Shown here: positions 26,176-36,389 of the stretch, piece after piece
How positions within the stretch are numbered: position 1 is the first letter of the stretch
Layout of the letters: each line of letters starts with the position of its first letter
Virus record (IMG/VR): IMGVR_UViG_3300046001_008198
Span: 61,220 to 125,219 of that record
Origin: a virus
Length of the DNA: 64,000 nt
Reading direction: 5' to 3' (one strand)
The notes under the pieces: model-generated
Told to the model about the DNA's origin: nothing
Database searches by the model: none
What the model saw: only the letters and a program-made list of their open reading frames with translations
Translations under genes and position numbers: made by a program

Positions 26176-26580
26176 ATGTTTACATGGTCTGATAGACATA
26201 TAGGTATTGAGGAATCTGTTGGAATATGGATAACCGACCATGAACGAAGTATGTGGAAAACACTGGCGAGTGATTTTGAACATAATTTGGTATTTGGTGT
26301 AGATCCGGCAATCGGAAAGAGTAATGGATTGTGGGAACAAATACATGTTGGTGTGAAACATCCTTATATAAAAAGTCCACTTGAGTCCTTTAGAATGGAT
26401 GTAATGGATTTCGGAGATCCACTTGAAGCTGTGTATAAACAAAAAAAAGTATTACTTTTGGAAATCACAATTAATAATTATAATCAATATGAGCAAAACC
26501 AACCAACAATCCCAGTTAGCTTCATCAGACAAGCTCTTTCCAAAGTTTCAGGAAATTACTGGAAGAAAGCTTTTAATTAA
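26176..26580 (+). CDS. hypothetical protein
   Basis: 134-aa ORF. Confidence 0.65.
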   Translation: MFTWSDRHIGIEESVGIWITDHERSMWKTLASDFEHNLVFGVDPAIGKSNGLWEQIHVGVKHPYIKSPLESFRMDVMDFGDPLEAVYKQKKVLLLEITINNYNQYEQNQPTIPVSFIRQALSKVSGNYWKKAFN

Positions 26581-26845
26581 AAAACCTGTTCTCGAAAGTA
26601 AATCAGGATTGATACTGAAGAATAAGGAAGAAAGTATGACTTCCACAGATCTTAACAAATTATACCTTAGGGTAAAAGTATTAGCCGTTGGAGCAGCTGT
26701 GGAAAATCCACTCCTAATTCCAGGTGCTGAAATATTCGTTGACACTACCGGTTTACGCATGGCAGAGCTTATTATGATAACTGAAGGTAAAGAAGATGTA
26801 ATTTATATGCTCATTCATGAGAATAATGCCGCAATTATTTGGTAA
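26489..26845 (+). CDS. GroES-like co-chaperonin
   Basis: GRKLLIK..SKSGLIL..KVLAVG..GAEIFV..LIHENN. Confidence 0.6.
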   Translation: MSKTNQQSQLASSDKLFPKFQEITGRKLLIKKPVLESKSGLILKNKEESMTSTDLNKLYLRVKVLAVGAAVENPLLIPGAEIFVDTTGLRMAELIMITEGKEDVIYMLIHENNAAIIW

Positions 26846-27064
26846 CTTTGTATGGGTTTGTAATACATGAGTTTTAATACTCTTAAATAATTAGGAAAGT
26901 CCTTGGAATTGTTCAAGGGCTTTTTTATTTTAGCATATTCTTTTTCAGTGAACAGTGGTTAGGTTAGGTAAAGACCTCTGAGAATAATTCTTAGAGGTTT
27001 TGTTTTTAATAAAAAAATGCTTATATTATTAAGTATACATAAATTACAATTAATAATATAAGCC

Positions 27065-27601
27065 ATGTTGAACAATCTTACAAACTTTGCCAGTATCATA
27101 AAAGATAGAATGGTAAAAAAAGAAACAGTACCTACAGACTTAATTGCGTTAGGTAGAGCTGATAAAAAGTATGATGGTGGATACCGACCAATTGCCATTA
27201 GTGCAGAAGATTTAATTCAACAAGTTGTTGATACAGTAAATAACACTGACTACTACACTGTAGATCTAGCTGTAACAAGTGTAGTAAATGTTACTACCCC
27301 TAAAGGAGTAATTGAAATTACTATGGATGAAACACTAGTAGCTCCAAAACCAGCATTTGGTACATCAGTAGTATTAACTATTGCAAATGCAGATATGGAT
27401 TTTACTGATCTAGATAAAGTTTATATGCAGTTTTCAACATACTATAGTCAAACTATAGATGATACTTTTATACCATATGTATTATCTACAGGAGCTACAG
27501 TTGGTTCTACTTTTACTATTTATAATGCAAATCCATCACCAGCAGGACTTAGTCAATTTAAAGGAAAATTCTATTTATACTATGAGCTTTATAATTTTTA
27601 A
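27065..27601 (+). CDS. virion appendage protein with shared N-terminal anchor domain (1)
   Basis: MLNNLTNF..PTDLIALG..GGYRPIAISAEDL. Confidence 0.6.
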   Translation: MLNNLTNFASIIKDRMVKKETVPTDLIALGRADKKYDGGYRPIAISAEDLIQQVVDTVNNTDYYTVDLAVTSVVNVTTPKGVIEITMDETLVAPKPAFGTSVVLTIANADMDFTDLDKVYMQFSTYYSQTIDDTFIPYVLSTGATVGSTFTIYNANPSPAGLSQFKGKFYLYYELYNF

Positions 27602-27604
27602 ATT

Positions 27605-29032
27605 ATGTTACAAAATTTAACTAATTTTTCTAATCTTATTAAGTTAAGAAGAGTTAAAACAACACTTGAACCTACAGATTTAATTGCTGTAGGTACAAAA
27701 GATCGTAGATTCAACGGTGAGTATAAACCAACAGTAATTACAGCAGAAGATTTTGCTGCACAATTTGGTGGATTACAAACAGTTAAATATTCTAATGTAT
27801 TTTTTGTAGATCCTATACAAGGTATTGATGCTACAGCAATGTCTGGAGATTTCACAAAGCCTTATCTAACAATAGAATCAGCTTTAAATGCAGCTAATGC
27901 TACTGCTCCAACATTAACAAATCGAGCATTGGTATATGTTCGTAAAGGTGAGATTGCTAATTTTTCAGGCAACGCATATAATAATGTAGATGTTTATTGC
28001 GATGCCGGGGTTGTATTCAAGGGATATTTCTTTTTAACAGATATGAATATTGGCAGTGGTGTAAATTTCAATTGGTATGGTTTTGCTAAATGGAATTTAA
28101 CAATGAGTTCTGTAGCTTTTAGATGGCAATATGCAAGTACTGTTTTAGTTGAAGGAGACTCTTTTGTTAATACAGGTGCAATATCTTTATGTTACAATGT
28201 AACAATTGGGACAATTGATATTACTTACAATTTTAATTCAATGGAATCATCTCAAACCATAGGTAATGGTTATGCTTTTAGTTGGAGAAATAATTGTAAC
28301 GGAACTGTTAATGTAAAAAATTACATTAAATCTCCACACTCTCAACAAGAAATGAGAGCAAGTCATTCAGGAAATATTGAAATAAATTGTCCTAGAAATA
28401 TATTGACAGCTGCTAATGTTTATGGAGGAAATTTTAAACAAATTGCGTATGTCTCTTCATCATCTTTAACAAGCACACTTACTTTTAATGGATTGCTAAT
28501 TAATGAAACACCAACATACTTAGGTGGAACTTCAACAATGATTTTATACCAAGGTTTAGGAACGGTTATAGTTAATGGTAAAATATACGCTATTCAAGGA
28601 ATGGGTGTTTGGAATACAGGAGCAGGAACAATTATTGCTGAAGGAGGTATTGAATCAAATATCCAGTGTTTTGTCAGTAATGGTGTTGGAAATATTTATA
28701 TAAAAAGAGGTCTTTTAGCATTAAAAAGTTTAGGAGGGAGTGTTCAGCGTTTAGGTTATGTAGGTTCAACAGGAAATGTATGGTTAACAGATTGTGAATT
28801 AAATTCTGATTTAGTTGGAGAATGTATATTACAAGGAACAGCTACTTCAAAAGTATTCATGAAAAATATAACTTGTGAAACTGCAGGAGTAGATTTTATA
28901 AATGCTTCCGTTGCAGGAACAATTAATCAATTTACAAACTGTGTGTCAAATAAACCTTTATCTGCAAATGTAGTAAACGAACTTGCTCAAGGATTAATAG
29001 TTGATGCTTTATTAAAAACTCCTAAATTCTAA
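27605..29032 (+). CDS. beta-helical fibre/spike protein with shared anchor domain (2)
   Basis: Same N-terminus; FFVDP..KPYLTIESAL..VYVRKG pectin-lyase-like entry; G/N/T-rich. Confidence 0.65.
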   Translation: MLQNLTNFSNLIKLRRVKTTLEPTDLIAVGTKDRRFNGEYKPTVITAEDFAAQFGGLQTVKYSNVFFVDPIQGIDATAMSGDFTKPYLTIESALNAANATAPTLTNRALVYVRKGEIANFSGNAYNNVDVYCDAGVVFKGYFFLTDMNIGSGVNFNWYGFAKWNLTMSSVAFRWQYASTVLVEGDSFVNTGAISLCYNVTIGTIDITYNFNSMESSQTIGNGYAFSWRNNCNGTVNVKNYIKSPHSQQEMRASHSGNIEINCPRNILTAANVYGGNFKQIAYVSSSSLTSTLTFNGLLINETPTYLGGTSTMILYQGLGTVIVNGKIYAIQGMGVWNTGAGTIIAEGGIESNIQCFVSNGVGNIYIKRGLLALKSLGGSVQRLGYVGSTGNVWLTDCELNSDLVGECILQGTATSKVFMKNITCETAGVDFINASVAGTINQFTNCVSNKPLSANVVNELAQGLIVDALLKTPKF

Positions 29033-29035
29033 ATC

Positions 29036-29350
29036 ATGGAAATCAATATACTAAGTGGCTCAAATGCTCCTGAAACAACAAATGTACTAATGGGTATGTA
29101 TAATGGTACAGATCAAAATGTTGATGTAACAGCATTGAGTAATGCTTTAAAAACAAAGTATGATGCTTTCTTTAATTTCACAGGAAATTATTCAAACCTA
29201 ATCATCCTAAATGCTCCTTATGAGTTAAGTGCGAATAGAGTTATTCCTGATTCAGTAGAGCTGGATACAGTCACAATAGATTATAATACTTTATCTGCTG
29301 CTGATAAAAAGAAAATAGATAATTTAGCAGCAATAATAATAATTAAATAA
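29036..29350 (+). CDS. hypothetical (fibre-associated) protein
   Basis: 104 aa within the fibre cluster. Confidence 0.65.
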   Translation: MEINILSGSNAPETTNVLMGMYNGTDQNVDVTALSNALKTKYDAFFNFTGNYSNLIILNAPYELSANRVIPDSVELDTVTIDYNTLSAADKKKIDNLAAIIIIK

Positions 29351-29358
29351 AAACAACC

Positions 29359-29994
29359 ATGTTAAATAACCTCACAAACTTTGCCAATATCATAAGAGAG
29401 AGAATGGTAAAAAAGGTATTAGTGCCTACAGATCTAATTGCAGTAGGTAGAGCTGATGCTGGTTATAATGGCGGATATAGACCAATTGCTATTAGTGCAA
29501 GTGATTTAATTAACCAAATAGCAGAACCTTCTGTAACTTTTGTACAAGGTTCTTTTGATCCTCAAGTACAAGCAACAATGACTCCTATATTAGGAACAAT
29601 TACTTATGCAAACAGTACTGTAGTATTTGATAGATATAGAGTTCAAGGAACAGCTACCTTATCAGGAGCTGGAACTTATGCATATCTTATTGGTGTAGTA
29701 GTTGGTTCAACTCCTCTATTAAGAGTAAGAGAAGATAGTACTATACTAGCAACAGATACTAATGTTTATGACACAGTAGCTTCAGCTATGAACTTTAATG
29801 TTCTTGTAAAAGATGGAACAGGTGCTTTAATTTCAACTATTTCAGCATTTATTGCGGATGACAATACAATATCATCTCCTGATGAACATTGGTTTACATT
29901 AGTAATGACAGCAGGAGTACCTTTTAGTGCAGATGTCAGTATTGATTTTACAATTGCAGTACCACAAGGACCAGTAATAGAATTTTTTAATTAA
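29359..29994 (+). CDS. virion appendage protein with shared anchor domain (3)
   Basis: MLNNLTNF..PTDLIAVG..GGYRPIAISASDL. Confidence 0.6.
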   Translation: MLNNLTNFANIIRERMVKKVLVPTDLIAVGRADAGYNGGYRPIAISASDLINQIAEPSVTFVQGSFDPQVQATMTPILGTITYANSTVVFDRYRVQGTATLSGAGTYAYLIGVVVGSTPLLRVREDSTILATDTNVYDTVASAMNFNVLVKDGTGALISTISAFIADDNTISSPDEHWFTLVMTAGVPFSADVSIDFTIAVPQGPVIEFFN

Positions 29995-30003
29995 TTAACG
30001 GCT

Positions 30004-30120
30004 ATGAAAAAGACTAATTTACGCCAATATTTACTTGCTAAGTATGGTAAAAGAGAACTTGAGATTCTTGCAAAACTTTCTTCTCAAAAAATGAAATATA
30101 TTACACAAGGTAAAAAATAA
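30004..30120 (+). CDS. small basic peptide (38 aa)
   Basis: MKKTNLRQYLLAKYGKRELEILAKLSSQKMKYITQGKK*. Confidence 0.5.
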   Translation: MKKTNLRQYLLAKYGKRELEILAKLSSQKMKYITQGKK

Positions 30121-30125
30121 AAGTC

Positions 30126-30776
30126 ATGTCAATAGGAAATTTAAAATCAGAAGGTAATAAAGGAAATAATTTTCCTTGGCAATTAAAAATGCTAACGGGT
30201 CAACAGTGTGCCTGTGACTATCTTAAAGAAATTGATCTTAATACTGATAATATTGAACCCTTGTTATTACAAATATTAACAGCAATTCAATCAGGATACG
30301 ATTATGAAGCAATGTTAGTTGTAGATGCTAATGACATTACTTGGTTAGAAATAAGAATTTATAATCCTGATACAGGAACTTTTGATCCACCCGTATATTA
30401 TCCAGCAGGATCAAATACACCCGGTATCCCTTTAGCACCAATTACTTATATTAATCCTAATACTTATTTAGCTCAAATTGTAAGTAATACTTCAGCAATA
30501 GCAATAAGTACTGCAGCAATTGATACTAAACTTACATCAGTAGCAAGAACTCCTAATTTTCTAAGACCTTCAGGTTCTTTAGGTACAGTTACAGCAGGTG
30601 TATTTTCTATGTCATTTGCCAGTGTAGGAACTGGTAATGCTACAGTAGGAGGAATGACTCTTAAACCTGGAGAAACAATAAATTTTGATGCAGGAGCATT
30701 AAACAATACTTTAGGAGCAGTAGCTTATGATACTACTACTACAGGTTCAGAGTTAATTATTATTACACTTACATAA
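30126..30776 (+). CDS. putative structural protein
   Basis: 216 aa, beta-rich C-terminus. Confidence 0.7.
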   Translation: MSIGNLKSEGNKGNNFPWQLKMLTGQQCACDYLKEIDLNTDNIEPLLLQILTAIQSGYDYEAMLVVDANDITWLEIRIYNPDTGTFDPPVYYPAGSNTPGIPLAPITYINPNTYLAQIVSNTSAIAISTAAIDTKLTSVARTPNFLRPSGSLGTVTAGVFSMSFASVGTGNATVGGMTLKPGETINFDAGALNNTLGAVAYDTTTTGSELIIITLT

Positions 30777-30778
30777 TA

Positions 30779-31330
30779 ATGTCTACACATATAGACATAT
30801 CTCCTAACCTAAGTGGTTACGGCAGAGGACTATTTGCACAAACAGCATTAGGAACTCCTATAGCTAATACTATAGTAGAAAATTCTTTAGTAGGTGCTGG
30901 TGTTGGTACATTGTCAGTTCCTGCAAATGGTTTTAAAGTAGGAGATTCTTTTACTGTTAAAATGTGTGGTAATTTATCTTGTGCTAATAATGAAACAATA
31001 CGTATTAGAATTAAATCTAATGGTGTTGTAATTGCAGATGCAGGAGTTTTTCAAATGAAGATTGCTACTAATAAATTCTTTGAATTAGTTATTGACTTTA
31101 CAATTGCTCAACTTGGTGGGCCAGGTGTAGGAAAATTACACGTTAATGGTCAATACGCATATAATCAAAATGCTAATACTCAACTTGACGGAGTTAACTT
31201 TGCCTTGGTGTCTAATACTACATTTGATACTACAGTAGCAAATACACTTACAATTACGGCACAATGGGGATTAGCAAATGCTGCTAATTCAATTCAATCA
31301 CAGAACTTTGTTCTACAAAAAATATATTAA
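30779..31330 (+). CDS. putative fibre/receptor-binding domain protein
   Basis: 183 aa, beta-rich. Confidence 0.65.
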   Translation: MSTHIDISPNLSGYGRGLFAQTALGTPIANTIVENSLVGAGVGTLSVPANGFKVGDSFTVKMCGNLSCANNETIRIRIKSNGVVIADAGVFQMKIATNKFFELVIDFTIAQLGGPGVGKLHVNGQYAYNQNANTQLDGVNFALVSNTTFDTTVANTLTITAQWGLANAANSIQSQNFVLQKIY

Positions 31331-31728
31331 TGGGTACATTTATTCAAATAGCAGGTTCAGGTGGTGGAACAGCAGGTTCAGATAAAGGTTCTTTTGGAGC
31401 TGTAGCTGATGCATCTACAACAGGATTAATAGGTTATATCACCATTCCTTACAACGGAACTATCACAGGATGGGAAGTAGTTGGTGATATAGTAGGAAAT
31501 TGTGTATTTGATGTATGGAAAACTGCATCAGGTATTATACCTACTGTAGCAGATACTATTGCAGGAACAGAAAAACCCAAACTTGTTGCACAACAGATAA
31601 ATTCAGATTTAGCTTTGACTACTTGGACAACAGCAGTTACAGCAGGAGATATTGTAGCAATAAACCTAGAGTCAGCATCCGTACTTTCTAGAGCTTGGTT
31701 AACAGTATTCATAACTAAACTACCTTAA
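31330..31728 (+). CDS. putative structural protein
   Basis: 132 aa, beta-sandwich-like. Confidence 0.65.
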   Translation: MGTFIQIAGSGGGTAGSDKGSFGAVADASTTGLIGYITIPYNGTITGWEVVGDIVGNCVFDVWKTASGIIPTVADTIAGTEKPKLVAQQINSDLALTTWTTAVTAGDIVAINLESASVLSRAWLTVFITKLP

Positions 31729-31729
31729 A

Positions 31730-32005
31730 ATGGATTTTACTTGGATAGTATTAGAAAGAACAGAATTACCTCAACAACAAGTTTATTGGGAGTATGATGA
31801 AGAGGGTAATCCAATACCTGGAACAGAAACATTTTTTGATTATGTAATGGTATATACTTTAGTAGAGTATGACTTTCCTACTTATCAAACAAAGGTTACT
31901 GTAAAAATTAACCATTTCAATCCTCAATCAGAAGAAGAAATTGATTTAGGTATTTATAACATGGGAATTACAGAAGAAAAAAAATTAGCTAATACACAGG
32001 AATAA
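31730..32005 (+). CDS. small acidic protein (possible fibre chaperone)
   Basis: 91 aa, E-rich, just before the adhesin. Confidence 0.55.
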   Translation: MDFTWIVLERTELPQQQVYWEYDEEGNPIPGTETFFDYVMVYTLVEYDFPTYQTKVTVKINHFNPQSEEEIDLGIYNMGITEEKKLANTQE

Positions 32006-33678
32006 TGGCAGATAGATATTGGGTAGTAGGTGGTACAGGAAATTATAACTCTACAACAAATTGGTCAGCAACATCAGGGGGAGCATCAGGAGCATCTTTT
32101 CCAAGTGTATCAGATAATGTATTTTTTAATGCTTTAAGTGGAGCTGGAATTGCAATAATAAATGTTGCGTCAAATTGTTTAAACTTAAATCTTACAGGGT
32201 TTTTAGGAACTTTAGATTTTACGTTTAACCTTAGTACGTCAGGAACAGCAATAAATTTAGGATTAGGAACTTATACCGTAACAGGTGTTTCTGCATTAAG
32301 ATTTCAAACAGCAACAGCTATAACATCAAATGGTAGCTCTTGGACTGGAAATATTATGTTTGCTACAAACGGTGTGTTTACATTAGTTGACAATTTAACT
32401 GTTTTAGGAACGACAAGTTTTCAAGGTACAATTTCTCCTGTTATAAATGGAAACACCCTGAATATTAAAGGTAATTTAACAATATCAACTTCGGGTACAA
32501 TTTCAGGCACAACTATATTTTCTTTTACAGGAACAGGCACTTGGACGCACACGGTAGCAGGATTAATAAGTAATGCTTTAACAATTAACACAGCTGGAAC
32601 TCTTACTATTTCAGGTACAGTTTATAAACAAACAGGACTTTTTACTTATACAGCAGGAACAATTATTGACACAACAGGAACTGTTGTTGTGCAATCATTA
32701 ACATTAAACCTATCAGGGTTTACATTTAGGAAGTTACTTGTAAATAACACTATAACATTAACTAGCAATATAAATGCTGTAACCTTTGGGACAACAGGAG
32801 CAAATGCAACATCATTTGTTCTTGGAGGAAATACTCTTAACTTTACTCATCTTGAATTAGGTAACACAGGTACAACAACTTTACCTACTGCTTGGGTATG
32901 CCAAAATATAGAATTTTTAAATGCTTCAGCTGGTGTATTAAATACTAATTCAATTACAATAAATGGCAATATTGTTCAATCAGGGGCAGGTGTTTACAGT
33001 GGAACTACAACTTTTACATACGCTGGGACAGGCACATGGACTGCACCATCAATAAATAGTTATTTTTCAAATAGTTTTACTATTAACACAGCAGGAGTAT
33101 TACTTTTTATAAGTGCTAATCTTGGAGGAGGAATATTTACTTATACAGCAGGAACGGTAGCAACTGCAGGTTCAACTTTAAATATTGTTGGAAATGGAAC
33201 AACATTAAATGATGGTATTATTGTTTGGTGGGATGTGTTTACTGTGATAAACGTATCAAATCTTGTGTTAAATAATCAACTTGTTTGTCTTAATGCTTTA
33301 ACAATTGATAATTCACAGGTTGCTTTTAGTGGAGCTGATGGAACATTTGATGTGTACAACCTTTATTTAAATTCATCAGGCACTATTGCAAGAAATCCAA
33401 AATTAGTTGCTCTAAAAACTTACAGGGTGAGAGCTGTGTTTAAATCTCAAGGAACACTTGCTTTTCCAATAACTTTGTCTTCTAGTGTTGGAGCATCTCA
33501 GGCTATTTTTACAGTTGACCAAGGAGCAATAATTGATGTTGGATTTTGTAATACTAAAGATATAAACTCCTCACTAGGTAGAAGAATTTACAGTTATAAA
33601 GGTTCTTTTGTAAATACATTAAATTGGGACTTATTACCAATAGATGTTACACCATCATCAGGAGTGTTTGTAAATTAA
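32005..33678 (+). CDS. beta-solenoid tail fibre/adhesin-like protein
   Basis: DRYWVVGGTGNYNSTTNWS..P..SDNVFF; repeated GTGTWT and FTYTAGT. Confidence 0.7.
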   Translation: MADRYWVVGGTGNYNSTTNWSATSGGASGASFPSVSDNVFFNALSGAGIAIINVASNCLNLNLTGFLGTLDFTFNLSTSGTAINLGLGTYTVTGVSALRFQTATAITSNGSSWTGNIMFATNGVFTLVDNLTVLGTTSFQGTISPVINGNTLNIKGNLTISTSGTISGTTIFSFTGTGTWTHTVAGLISNALTINTAGTLTISGTVYKQTGLFTYTAGTIIDTTGTVVVQSLTLNLSGFTFRKLLVNNTITLTSNINAVTFGTTGANATSFVLGGNTLNFTHLELGNTGTTTLPTAWVCQNIEFLNASAGVLNTNSITINGNIVQSGAGVYSGTTTFTYAGTGTWTAPSINSYFSNSFTINTAGVLLFISANLGGGIFTYTAGTVATAGSTLNIVGNGTTLNDGIIVWWDVFTVINVSNLVLNNQLVCLNALTIDNSQVAFSGADGTFDVYNLYLNSSGTIARNPKLVALKTYRVRAVFKSQGTLAFPITLSSSVGASQAIFTVDQGAIIDVGFCNTKDINSSLGRRIYSYKGSFVNTLNWDLLPIDVTPSSGVFVN

Positions 33679-33716
33679 TAAATAAAAAATAATAAAAACT
33701 ATTATCGTATAAAATC

Positions 33717-34154
33717 ATGAGCTTCCAAGACCAATTAAATAGCGTTAAAGACCAAATGTATAATGCTTCTATTTACATGATGCCTATTATAGGAGCGTTC
33801 TTTGCGCCTGCAACTTATGTGATACTTTTAGTCGTGTTGTTTACGTTGGTAGACACTAAGCTTGGAAGACAAAGAGCAAAATTTGAGAATGTTCCATTAA
33901 CCTCAAATAGATTCTCGGATTTGTTTGCCAAATTAATAGGTTATGGTGTGTTCATTTGCATTGGATTACTTATTAATCTAATTACAGAATGGAAACATGG
34001 AGTATGGTTATCAGCTATAGTTCCTATCTATACAGAGGTTATATCTATTGATGAGAATCAAAAAGCACTAGGAAAGAAGGGTATAATCAAACAGATAGAA
34101 GATGTTTATAAATTTGCATTGACAATTAAACAGAAGAAAGATAAATTAAGATAA
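33717..34154 (+). CDS. phage holin (family 4-like)
   Basis: TM helices; VDTKLG..LTSNRFSDLFAKL..EVISIDEN. Confidence 0.7.
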   Translation: MSFQDQLNSVKDQMYNASIYMMPIIGAFFAPATYVILLVVLFTLVDTKLGRQRAKFENVPLTSNRFSDLFAKLIGYGVFICIGLLINLITEWKHGVWLSAIVPIYTEVISIDENQKALGKKGIIKQIEDVYKFALTIKQKKDKLR

Positions 34155-34669
34155 TGGCAAGACTCACACCAAAAATGCAGACTAAACAAAACATTACACT
34201 AATTGCTCAAGTAGTATTAGGTGTAATGTGCTTATTTCTTCTTTTAAGAAGTCCTAAACAGGTTTATCCTGTAACGACAAAGAAGACTATTGAAAGAAGA
34301 ATTGAAGGCAAGGAGACTCAAATTCAAACTTGGACAAAAGTAATTGGAAATGAAAAGAATATTATTAATAGAATTGCTTTACTTCAAAAAGACTTTGAGG
34401 CAAAACTATTAGAAGTAAAAAATGCTAGAGACACTTTCAAGATTGTACAATATCAGGATACTTTAATCCATGTGTTGTACAAAAAGGTAGACCATTTAAC
34501 AAATACAGTTACCTTTCAGGATAGCATAATCATAGCACAGCGTTATATCATCAACTCTAAGGACACTATTATCACGGTTCAGGAATTTGATATAAAGAAG
34601 ATTAAAAGACAGCGTAATTGGTCTTTATTAGCAAATGGAGTATTAACCGGATTATTAATTATTAAGTAA
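34154..34669 (+). CDS. spanin-like coiled-coil membrane protein
   Basis: N- and C-terminal hydrophobic segments with coiled coil; lies between holin and endolysin. Confidence 0.45.
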   Translation: MARLTPKMQTKQNITLIAQVVLGVMCLFLLLRSPKQVYPVTTKKTIERRIEGKETQIQTWTKVIGNEKNIINRIALLQKDFEAKLLEVKNARDTFKIVQYQDTLIHVLYKKVDHLTNTVTFQDSIIIAQRYIINSKDTIITVQEFDIKKIKRQRNWSLLANGVLTGLLIIK

Positions 34670-34670
34670 G

Positions 34671-35285
34671 ATGAGTTTAGTAAAATTTCAGGAAAGAATC
34701 GGAGCTAATCCAGATGGTGACTTTGGTAAGCAAACCCTAACTAAGGGTATGGAATATTTGAGAATAAGCAAAGAGCAAGCTGCTCATTTTTTTGCACAAC
34801 TTTCTCATGAGACGGGAGGGTTTAGTTTATTTATAGAAAATCTAAACTATTCAGCAGATCGGCTCCAACAAGTCTTTCCTAAATACTTTCCTACTAAGAT
34901 CTTGGCAATGTCTTATCAAAGACAGCCTGAGAAGATTGCCAATAGAGTTTATGGTAATAGAATGGGTAATGGTCCTGAAGCATCAGGAGACGGTTACAAA
35001 TTTCGTGGAAGAGGTGCTTTGCAATTGACAGGTAAATCCAATTATGTAGCTTTTGCAACATCTATGAGTCTTCCTCAGGTAATTGAGAATCCAAATTTAG
35101 TTGCAACAGATTACGCTTTCGATTCAGCTTTATTCTTTTTTAAGAATAACAATCTATGGAGTATGTGTACAGAAGTATCAGATGCTGCAGTATTGAAAGT
35201 CACCAAAAGAATCAATGGTGGCACTAACGGATTAGCACATCGATTGGAATTGACAAATAAGTATTATGCACTTTTAAATTCTTAG
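34671..35285 (+). CDS. glycoside hydrolase family 19 endolysin
   Basis: FFAQLSHETGG, ENLNYS, DGYKFRGRGALQLTGKSNY, TKRINGGTNGL. Confidence 0.92.
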   Translation: MSLVKFQERIGANPDGDFGKQTLTKGMEYLRISKEQAAHFFAQLSHETGGFSLFIENLNYSADRLQQVFPKYFPTKILAMSYQRQPEKIANRVYGNRMGNGPEASGDGYKFRGRGALQLTGKSNYVAFATSMSLPQVIENPNLVATDYAFDSALFFFKNNNLWSMCTEVSDAAVLKVTKRINGGTNGLAHRLELTNKYYALLNS

Positions 35286-35287
35286 TC

Positions 35288-35401
35288 ATGGCAAAGAAAA
35301 AAGTAAAGTCGGATTGTGCCGAGAAGCAGAAAAAATCTTTTCAGGCAGGAATGAATATAGGCCGTAATATGAAAAACACTACTCCTAAAAAAACAAAGTA
35401 A
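35288..35401 (+). CDS. small basic peptide (37 aa)
   Basis: MAKKKVKSDCAEKQKK..PKKTK*, stop overlaps next ATG. Confidence 0.5.
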   Translation: MAKKKVKSDCAEKQKKSFQAGMNIGRNMKNTTPKKTK

Positions 35402-35709
35402 TGTCTGCAAAAAAATCAACTCGTAATTCTCTTGCTGGAAAATCTACAGGTAAGTCAGATTCAGCAAAGTATTTTGCCTCTCATCCTGCAGCTAAGGCTA
35501 AGAAGGATGCATACAATAAAGAGTATCACGCCACTTCTGAGAGAAAAGCTTATCGCGCGGAACTGAATAAGGAAAATCGTAAGGATGGAACATACGGCAA
35601 TAAAGATGGGAAGGATCAATCTCATACTAAATCTGGAAAGTTGGTATCCGAAAAAGCATCAAGTAATCGTGCCAGAAATGGTAAAGGAAATAATGCAAAG
35701 AGAAAGTAA
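35401..35709 (+). CDS. small basic protein (degenerate HNH-like)
   Basis: YRAELNKENR..DQSHTKSG..SSNRARN. Confidence 0.55.
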   Translation: MSAKKSTRNSLAGKSTGKSDSAKYFASHPAAKAKKDAYNKEYHATSERKAYRAELNKENRKDGTYGNKDGKDQSHTKSGKLVSEKASSNRARNGKGNNAKRK

Positions 35710-35761
35710 ATATTAATTATTTAATAAATAATTCTTATTTTAGCCGTAAATAAATAAAATT

Positions 35762-36022
35762 ATGGCTGAAGACTTAACCAACCAAGCAGAAGCTCTTACC
35801 GATGAAGAATTACAAGCAAGACTCGATAAGCTAGAAAAGTTTTATGATGATCAAATACCTCGTCTTACAAAGAGGCATGAGTATGAAAAACTTATGTGTG
35901 AACTGGATGAATTTAGATTAAGAGGTTTAATGGCTAAACTTCGATATGCTGATTTAACAAAACCCGCTTCGGAAGTAACTCCGGACCAAATACCTAAAGA
36001 GGATGGAAGCGGAAGCAATTAA
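35762..36022 (+). CDS. coiled-coil hypothetical protein
   Basis: 86-aa ORF. Confidence 0.7.
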   Translation: MAEDLTNQAEALTDEELQARLDKLEKFYDDQIPRLTKRHEYEKLMCELDEFRLRGLMAKLRYADLTKPASEVTPDQIPKEDGSGSN

Positions 36023-36389
36023 GCATAAAGCGCGAATGAATCAGTTCGATACTGTTCGCTTTCAAATTAATTATCATTGTTTTGTAAACAGACTCAGAAT
36101 GAGTCCTGCACAAATGGATGCTTTAGCCTATCTTGCTTTATGGGGAGATATGAATATATCCGATTACTGTAATGAGATTGTAGCCCATGAATTATTTGGT
36201 AATGCTCAAACAGTTCGAAACTTTATTACGAAACAGGTTCGTGAAACTAAAATGATTGTCAGAAAAGGTGTAGGTAATAAATTAATTTCTATACCTGATA
36301 ACATTGAGATTCTTTCTGAAGGAAATGTATTAATCGATATTAAAATACTGTATGTCGAAGGCTACACGGGCGAAATCGTTAATTCCTAA
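36003..36389 (+). CDS. winged-helix-like hypothetical protein
   Basis: 128 aa. Confidence 0.6.
   Translation: MEAEAIKHKARMNQFDTVRFQINYHCFVNRLRMSPAQMDALAYLALWGDMNISDYCNEIVAHELFGNAQTVRNFITKQVRETKMIVRKGVGNKLISIPDNIEILSEGNVLIDIKILYVEGYTGEIVNS

Noticed and set aside
26893-26902. AGGAAAGTCC, RNase P RNA-like
   Set aside because: Part of a terminator hairpin (agtccttg..caagggct-T6); no other RNase P elements
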